The notes under the pieces: model-generated
The model's input: the letters and a program-made list of their open reading frames with translations, nothing else
Database searches by the model: none
Told to the model about the DNA's origin: nothing
Translations under genes and position numbers: made by a program
In this document: piece after piece, positions 51,501-60,500 of the stretch
Layout: the number at the start of each line of letters is the position of its first letter
Position numbering within the stretch: the first letter of the stretch is position 1
Assembly: GCA_013265495.1 (NCBI GenBank)
Contig: MU057887.1
Span: 4,181,668 to 4,245,667 of the forward strand
DNA length: 64,000 nt
Direction: 5' to 3'
Source of the DNA: Vicugna vicugna
Lineage: Eukaryota

Positions 51501-54500
51501 GGACTCTGAGAACCAAGGACATGTGAATGGCTTGGCATTCCCAGAACTTAGAGCAAACAGCCTAGGCTGGAGCCCTACTGAGCTGAGCATGGGGAGTGGA
51601 ACATAGATGCTGGCTCTGCAGATAGACGGTCGGGGTCCAGGGCAGCCATGGCATCTGCTGCCCGTGTGGCCTGGGGCAGACCAGCCAACCACTCTATGCC
51701 TGGGTTTCCCAGCAGTAAGGTAGGACTGGCCCTACCCAAGATGTTTCCTTCAGGAAGCCTTCTGGAACCTGGGCAGTGAAGGCTCCCTATTGGGACCCCC
51801 TGACCTGCAGCACAGGCCAGCCATTGCTGATTAAGTCATCTCTCCTCCCTGAATCTTGAGGGCGGGAGCTGTCATTCTTGTTTCCTATGATTTCCCCATA
51901 GAAGGTGCTCAGGAGACATGTTGAATGAAAGTGACTTAAATAACACTTTGTTCTCACAACAACAGCTGAGCTGAGCAGCCTAGTGTGTATCATCTCACTT
52001 AACCTTGAACTTATATGAGGCTGTGCTGTATTTTACAGATGAGGGTCCCAATGCTCAGGTGGGGTGAGTGACTTGTCCAAGGTCACAGAGCTAGGAAGCA
52101 GCTTAGGTAGACCCCAAGGAGACCTGATTCCCAAATGTACTAAGCCTGAGTGTCTTGCAGTGGGCTTGGGGCACAGGGGAGCTTATAGAAGCCGCTTTTT
52201 CCTCTGCTCTTGTCCCTGCTCATACAGCCTTGACTTGTGATGTCTTCTCTGTCTCTCAGTGTCCTTACCCAGACTCCAAGGCTGTCTTCCTGCCCCAGAT
52301 CACTTCAATTCTCCCCCAAAACTTTTGCATGGCCCATGGATTTTCTAATGGTGGGATGGCTCAGTGACTAAAAGAACAAACTTTGGGATGTTTCAGTTTT
52401 GCAGATGAGCTGCTTCTGAGCTGGTGGTGTGTGAATGCCCTGGTTTCATTCATATTTTGTATATTCATTAATTTTTTCAGCAAACAAAAACTAAGACCTG
52501 TTCTGTGCAGGGCTCCAGCTCACTGTCCTGTGGGGACAGCAGAATTATTATGGTTTTTTCTGACATTTAGTAGTATCCAGAGTGCCAGATGTGGTGGGAG
52601 CTAATAGCAGGGGTCCTAAAAGTCTGAGAAGGACATTGACAGCTGGGGCCCAGGGCTAAGAAGCAGTTAGGTGGGTAGTGATCCAGGTAAGGGAGCCTAC
52701 CGGTGAGTGGCCAGGAGTGGGCTGAGGAAGTCTGGCGCAACCTGGAGGGATAGGGTCTGGGGGATGGGGGCAGAGGGAGAGGTCACCTTTGGTGGAAGGA
52801 GAGAAAGTGGCATTTGAGCTGCTTTTGAGGAGGTGGGGGCAGTTCCCCTAGCGCCCCCTGTTGGCCGTTGGCAGAGCCTGGCATGAAATGTGGTCACAGA
52901 GGTCCACCAGCATCACAGGGCAGGGCAGAGAAAGGTGGATTTGGAGCTGAGAGACAGTAACTTAACAACTGGCTGGATGAGCAGGATTTGAATAGTTGAG
53001 GTGTTGGGAACAGCATCATGAACAGCCTGGGGAGGAGTAGGAAGGTACCATGTGACTGGAGTGTAGCTAATTCACAGCCCAGAGAGCCTGGCTGTTGGCT
53101 GAGAATGTGAACCTGGTCAGCCTAGATACCGGGGAGCCAGTGCAGGCTCTTGAGCAGGGTCAGGCTCGGTGCCCAGGTCGGGGGAGTGGTCCAGGGAAGG
53201 TGGTCAGCGTGGAGTGGGCATGAACATCAGGGACAGGTGTCCAGGAGGAAAGGACACAGGTCTGGCGGGGGATTTGGGCGCCCAGCACATTCAGCGGTCA
53301 GGGTGTGAAGAGGCCAAGGCCCGAGCTGGAGGGTGGGGTGCGGACTCACTGGGGGAGCCCCTCCTGGCGGTGAGGCGAACCTTCACTGAGGCGGCTTTTC
53401 TGATGTCTTAAGCCCCCAGTCCCCTCTCCAGCTCCCACCTGGCCGCTCTGACCACCGTTCCCGCCTCCCCCTTCCCTGGGCTTCTCTGTTCGACCCCTCC
53501 TCCCCCCTCTGCGCACAGTAGTCCTCTTCGCCCCTGTGGCCTCTCCCGCGTCGGGGCCGCGGCGACCGGGCCGCAGGGGGAGAGGAGGCAGCCCGGCCCG
53601 CCGCCTGCAGAGGGAGGAGCCGGGCCGCGGAGGAGGCGGGGCGCGCGGAGCGGCCGCGGCATGGAGCGAGCCCGGCGCGCCCGGGAGCGCAGCCCCGCGG
53701 CCCCGGAGCCCTGAGCGGGCGCGGCTCGTGCGCTGGCGGGAGCTGGCCGGGCGCGNNNNNNNNNNNNNNNNNNNNNNNNNNNNNNNNNNNNNNNNNNNNN
53801 NNNNNNNNNNNNNNNNNNNNNNNNNNNNNNNNNNNNNNNNNNNNNNNNNNNNNNNNNNNNNNNNNNNNNNNNNNNNNNNNNNNNNNNNNNNNNNNNNNNN
53901 NNNNNNNNNNNNNNNNNNNNNNNNNNNNNNNNNNNNNNNNNNNNNNNNNNNNNNNNNNNNNNNNNNNNNNNNNNNNNNNNNNNNNNNNNNNNNNNNNNNN
54001 NNNNNNNNNNNNNNNNNNNNNNNNNNNNNNNNNNNNNNNNNNNNNNNNNNNNNNNNNNNNNNNNNNNNNNNNNNNNNNNNNNNNNNNNNNNNNNCGGGGG
54101 GCGGGGTCGCGGGGGGTGCGGCGTGGGGCGAGGGGCCTCCTGGGCTTTGAAGGCGCCACTCGGGGGTGGATGGCCGGGCTTCTTGGCGATCGAGGAAGGG
54201 CTGATGCCATTTTGGGGTGTCTCTCATTAGGGGTGTCCGTGGAAACTCTGAGCCTCTGTGGTCATTATGGGATGCGTCTGCCACTGGGGATTCCTTGTGT
54301 CGCTGTGAAGGGCTCAGTCAGGGAGGGGTGTCTGTCTGTGTGGGGTTCCTGTCATGTGGGTCCCTCTCCATCCTCTGTCGTTATGGGTTCCCTGTGTCAC
54401 CATAGAGGCTCTTCTCGTCATGGGGGTGTTTCTGTGTCATAATGGGGGCTAGTGTCATTGGGGTTCTCTGTGTTTGTAGGGCCCTGTCCCTTCCCTGAAT

Positions 54501-57500
54501 TGTGGGGTTCCTGTGTCACTTCTGAGACTTCTTCATTGGAAACCCTTCTGATACGTGGGGTTTCTGTGCTGTTGTAAGGCATATCTGTGACAGTTATATG
54601 GGTGTCTGTGATGAGGGGCGCCGGTGCCATAAAAGGCTCCTCCCATTTGGGGGGGTCTCTGTCATCACTGGGATCCTGATCTCGTGAGTGCCCTCTGTCC
54701 ATGGGAGCCTGAGGAAGAAACAGTTGCAGACATCAACCTTCCATGGTCCATCATGTGACCTAATCCCCTGGCCACAGCATAATGACCCCGACCTCTTGGC
54801 AGAGACCCCTGGGGTGGGCGACAGAGCAAGGATGGGGGTTGGTTCAAGAGGTGGGAGGAGAGGGGTCAGCTGGGTGAGCAGGAGCAGGGTTGTGGCCCCT
54901 GCCTCTGCCTCCTGTCCCCCCTCGAGTGTGTCCATCTGTCAGTCTTTCTGTCCCCCACATGCCCATCCTGTGCTGTGCCCATCTGTTCTTTTCTCTTTTC
55001 TGTGTGGATCCCAAAATCTTCTTAGGAAAAAGCCAGGAAGATGAAGGGAGGGAAAGAGAAAGAGAGAAAGGGCGAAGGGTGGTGGGCAGAACCTGAGTCT
55101 GAGGTGCTGGTGCTGGTGGTGGTGGCGGGAGAAGTGGGCTCTGGCTGCCCTGGTCTACCCTGACAGCCTGTCTGGCTTTTGTCCCTCCAGTGCTCAGCAT
55201 TGGGGAGGGCGGTTTTTGGGAGGGAACCGTGAAAGGCCGCACAGGCTGGTTCCCGGCTGACTGCGTGGAGGAGGTGCAGATGAGACAGTATGACACACGG
55301 CACGGTGAGTGACCCCTGCATCCCCTGGGTGGCTCCCAAGAGGTGCTGCCCCTTCCAGCTTTCCTTAGAGGCAAATCCACATTGACACTCCCAGGGAAAA
55401 GACTGGAATAAATTGAAACACATTTGAGTTGGGTACAAACATGAGTACATGATAGACATGGCACGTACACACCTCATACTCACCGACACGTGTGTGCATC
55501 GAGACCCTTGCCAGCTATGGAGACACGTGTGATGTGCCCACAGGATGCACACGTATGAATGTGCACCAATCTGTGATCGTACACGTGGCTCCTAGTGACC
55601 ATAACCCGCTCACAAATGGGTCTCACAGAAATACTGGGTACTTGGAGTGCGAGACTCCTGCGTGGCTGGCAGACAAGTAAAGAGGTCAGTATGAGAAAAG
55701 AGGAGTCTTTCCAAAGTGGACAGATTGTCCAAGTGGGCAGTGCAGGGAGGACTGGACCAGCCAAGAGGAAATGAGGCCAGTTGGGCCCAGAGGGGCTGTC
55801 ATGGGTGCCCTGGGGTGAGGATGGGCCGATGGCAGCAGGTGAGGGATGATTCCATCCTTAGCCTGCAGGCAGGACACAAGGACAAAGGCTAGTGCTCCTG
55901 GGGTGAGCAACCTCAGTCTGACCCTGCTGAGCACCTGTGCCTCCAGGAGGGACCCCTCTGGGAGTTGGGATCTGAGGTGGTCCTGCCAGTGGAGAGGAGA
56001 GGCTGGTGCTTCCAAGACCCTAGGCCAGGGCTGACTGTGTGCCCTTGCAATGAGGACTTGGGGGTCTCTGGAGGCCCCTAGACCGGCAGGTATTTCTTCT
56101 GGCCTGGAGAGCTGGTAGGACAAGGGAGCCCTCCCGAGTGGTGGCTAGTGGTGGTCACCAGTGGTGTGTCTGGGCCCAGGGTGCATGCATCAGTCCTGCT
56201 CAGGAAGAGCTCGGGGTTGCTGTGCTCCTTTATCCCGGGTGGAGAGTTTCCCCAGGGAGCCCACCCATGTGTGGCCTGGACTCCTGTCTGGTGTGGAGCA
56301 GGGCGGAGGCCCAGGGAGGCAGGCCTGTGGCAGCTGATCCATTCGTGAGCAGGAGCCTTTACTCCCTTACCTGGCCGTTCACCGCCCTACCAGGGCAGCT
56401 CTCCTGGTGGCTGGGAGCGTGGGACGGACACGACCCCTGTGGTGTGCCTATGGTGGGTGGGTGGGGTGATGTGTTCAGGTGCGGAATGGTTTCAGAAGCT
56501 TGGGCTCTGGTGCCAGCTGAACAGAGGAGGGGAGGAGAAGAGGGGGCCTCCAGACCTGAGTCAGGAGTGGGTCCTGTGCTCCCCCACAAAGAGGGCAATG
56601 AAGGTTCTGTTTTGAGGGATCCAGGGGCAGTTGGCCCTGAGCCTGAAGCTGCAGAGGAAGGAGGGGAGGTCTGGACTAGAGTTGGGATTTGAGAACAGCA
56701 ATCGTCTATTAGGTGCTTGATGGGTGCTGGACCTTGTGCTGGGAGCCAGAATCACAGAGGCTGGCTGTCAGCCCAGTGAGGAGCAGGCGTGCACAGGGCT
56801 GTGGTAGGCGTGAGCAACGGGGAGCTCCTGGGTTGAAGGAGTCACGGAGGGCTTTAACGCAGAGGTGTTGTTTGAACTGAGCCTTCCAGGATGGCTAGGA
56901 TCATCTAGGTGGTCGGCTGAAGGGGTGGGGAGAGCCTGTCGGCCATAGCATGGCACTGGATTCTAGACCTGCATGTGCAGGCACCCAGCGGGCTCCAACC
57001 AGCGTCAGGATACCTGGCTTGGTTTTAAGCACTTTTACATCTGAGGATTCACTGACTCGTCCCAGCAGGTCTGGGAGATGGGGACAGTTGTCAGTCCATT
57101 TCCAGGAGGGCGGGTTCCCCGGCCCAAGGAGCAGAGTCTTGTTTGCAACGTCAGCAGCAGCTTCAGGGTCTGTGCCACAGCCGCCATGCGTCGCGGGCTC
57201 TGGCTGAGTAAACCTGTGTGTGTGGGGGGGGGCGGCAGAGCTGGAGTGGGGAGTGTGCGGCTGGTCAGGTGGCTGTGGACCAAGGGGAAGGACGGTGGGC
57301 TTGAAGTCTGTGGCAGTGTCACAGGAGGAGTCCGAGGGAGGTTGTCCTGGTTGTGCCGGTTGTTTTGGGTTAGGGCGACGGCCCAGGTAGGCCAGAGTGG
57401 GGAGATGGAGACGGGGTCGGCAGGGCTGGGACGGAGTCAGGAGAAGGGAGAGGACACAGTGTAACCTGGTGAAGGAGCTGTAGGCCTTTGGGCAGTTGTG

Positions 57501-60500
57501 GGGCTCTGAGACAGGGGTGGCTCTGGGGTTTGTCATCTGAAAGTGTCAGAAGGTACCTGGGTGGATGGGAGCAGTTCATGGACGGGAAAAGGGAGACAGG
57601 CCTGTGGGCCTGCCCTCTGGGAGGGGGTGGGAACCACCTCTGCCCTCACCTGCAGGCCCGGCCGCCAGCTGCTCTGGGCAGAGTCTCTGGTTGGGACCCA
57701 GGGGCTGAGTTCTGCCAGAAGAGAGAGGGCAGCCCAGGAATGGGAACCTGCTTCCAACAGGCCCAGATCCAAAGAAAGATCTGTTTGTGAGACTGGAGCA
57801 GGGACAGAGAGGGACTTAGAGGCCAAGGAGGGGACACTGCCAACACGTGTGGACCAGGCTGATGCCCAGGGTCAGCAGAGAGTGTGGCTCCCACGGCACC
57901 TGTCTAGGGTGAAAGGAGCTGTTGCAGGCGGGGAGGGTTGAGCCGTGAGGGGAGGAAGCGGGGAGATCGGCCCTGTGCATGCTGGGGGCTGGTATAGGAC
58001 CCCCCACGCTGTGGCCCTGGCTGGCATCCTCTCTCGCCTCCCCTTCTCTTTCCAGGACTTGGGGGTCAAGCTGTGTGTTATTGTTTTAGCTGACTTTTAT
58101 GTATCTGATTTAAAAAACTGGAAAATGAATTTGTGTTATATAATAAATATATTTTGTTTAGTCAACAGGATATAAAAACAGGAGGCCAGTGATCTGTGGA
58201 GTGTGTGTGTGGGGTCCTTCTGCAGGCAGGCACTAGGAACATTTCCAAAGTTGGGTCAGTGTGGAGAAGCATGTGATGGGGCAGGGAGGGGTCTGTGGCC
58301 TCCCTGAGCAGTGACGCGGCCTGCTCTGGCTTTGGGAAAGACAGGACGGTGGGTGCAGGTGCTCTAGAGGGCACGTGAGTGCCTGGGAGGTGACAGAGTG
58401 ATAAAGTGACAGGTCATCGGAACCTAGGGGACCCTCCAAGGTGACTTTTCCTGCTCTGTAAGGAAAAGGCCGACAGGACTGTCAACATGCTAAGAACCAC
58501 AAAAGTTAGTATCAGGGTCCCGCAATCTGGATCTGAGGTTTTCTTGACATCTGTGTCTTCTGATGTTTGCAGGAGCTCTTTTGTTCATCCAGCCACTGCC
58601 CTGTCTACTGTTAACATCCATCTGTCCTTTAACTTACCCACCCATCCATCTACTCACCCATCAGCCCAGCTAGCAAACCCCATCCCCTCATCCCCTCCTT
58701 CCATCTGTCCGTCCACCCCCCACCCCTCGCTCTTTTCCTCCATCCACTTACATCTCCATTTACCTTTGGTCCATTCTTCTATCTGTCTCTTGTTCCATCC
58801 ATCCTTGCATCTTTCCATCCACCCACCCACCCAGCCAGTTGTCTACCTGTCTTTCCCTCTAGTTAGCATTTGGAGTGCCTGTTATGTGCCAAGTGCTGTA
58901 CTTGGTACTAGGATCACAGAAATAAACAAGACATAGTCCTTCCCCGCAAGGAGCTCACAATCAGTGGAGGAGACAGGCCTCCCTGCACAGGCTGCTGACT
59001 GTCCCTGGAACACCCCAGCTGGCACCTGCCGTGTGACTTTGCCCTGAGTGGCCCCACTCCCAGGAAGTCCTTTACCCACATAATCTGACGGCTGCTCCCT
59101 CACATCCTTGTGCCTGCATTAACTCTTCCTTCCCGATGAGGACTTTGTGTGACCACCTAGAGCTGCAGACTTTCTCTGTACTCCCACCTGCTTACCTTTT
59201 TCTTAACGCTTACCAGCATTTGACATGTTATGTTTGTACCTGTTTCTTGTCTCTCTTCTATCTTTGAATAGATCGTAAACTCCACAGGGTAGTGGTTTTG
59301 TTCTCTGCTGTATTCTCAGAGCCTGGTACATAGTAGGAGCTTGTTGAATGAAGAAAGTGATCTTGAGAAATGCTGAACTGACGGATAATGAGGGAGGAGC
59401 TGAGGGATGAAATTTGTGGTGGTGGTGGAGCTGGAGAGCTAGAGACAGACGTGCTGGGAAGCTGGGGGGCAGGAGTGGGTGCAAGGGTACAGGAGCATCT
59501 GATGTACGTGGAGCTGGAGAAGTGAGCCTGGAGCAGGGAGGTTGGGACGGCAGGTGTGGATTGGAACCTGCAGGTGTGCAGGAAATCAGCGAGGCCGAGG
59601 GTGGAGCAGCGGGCAGATAGCTGGCCAGCTCTGGTGGTTACGAGGAGCTTGAGTACAGGTGGGGACTGAGAAAGCTCTGCGATGCAGTGACATCAGGGAA
59701 GGGGACCCAGCCCTCAGCCTGAGCCCCTCCCTGCCCACCCAGGGGCGGGGTCTGGAGCAAAGGACCCCATGAGGTCGAGCATCAGTGGGCTGTGGTGAGG
59801 GATTCAGCAAAGTCACAGGGCCGCTTCCACACCAGTGCACCGAGGTGTGCAGCGTGAAACTTGCAGCGACTGTGGGTCGTGCACACACAGACATGCACGT
59901 GTACAAGCATGTGTGAGCACAGCACTGGCACGTGGGTGCAGGGCACGCGGACATATGGCTGTATGCACACAACACACACTCAGGCTGCGGGCTATGGGCC
60001 ACACACTTGTGTGCACACCTCCTCTGCCCTTAGTTTGGAGGCTTGCTGACTCTCCTGTTGCCCTGGCCTGTCTGGTCGGCTGTGTGCAGCCACTCACATG
60101 AGGGTCCTGCCCTGATCTGGACCCTGACCCCCAGAGGCCAAGATTTCCAGCAAGGCCCCCTTAGCCTTCTTACCTTAGGACCGTTGGGCCCAGGACCCCA
60201 GGATTTGGACCCCTTCCTTCCATGTGGGCACAGCCAGGCCAGGGGTGTGTGTGTGTGTAGACAGAGGCTGATGACCAGCATGGTCGAGGGGCGGTTCGGG
60301 CCATTTGGAAGGTAAAACCCTCCACCAGCTCCTGAACCTCCCCTCAGAAACCCGGGAGGACCGGACGAAGCGACTTTTCCGCCACTACACCGTGGGCTCC
60401 TATGACAGCCTCACTGCACATAGGTACAGGTGGGGCAGGTGGGCAGGGGGGCGAGGATGGGCATGCATGCAGATGGGGTGTCAGATGTGGAGGGAGGCCG

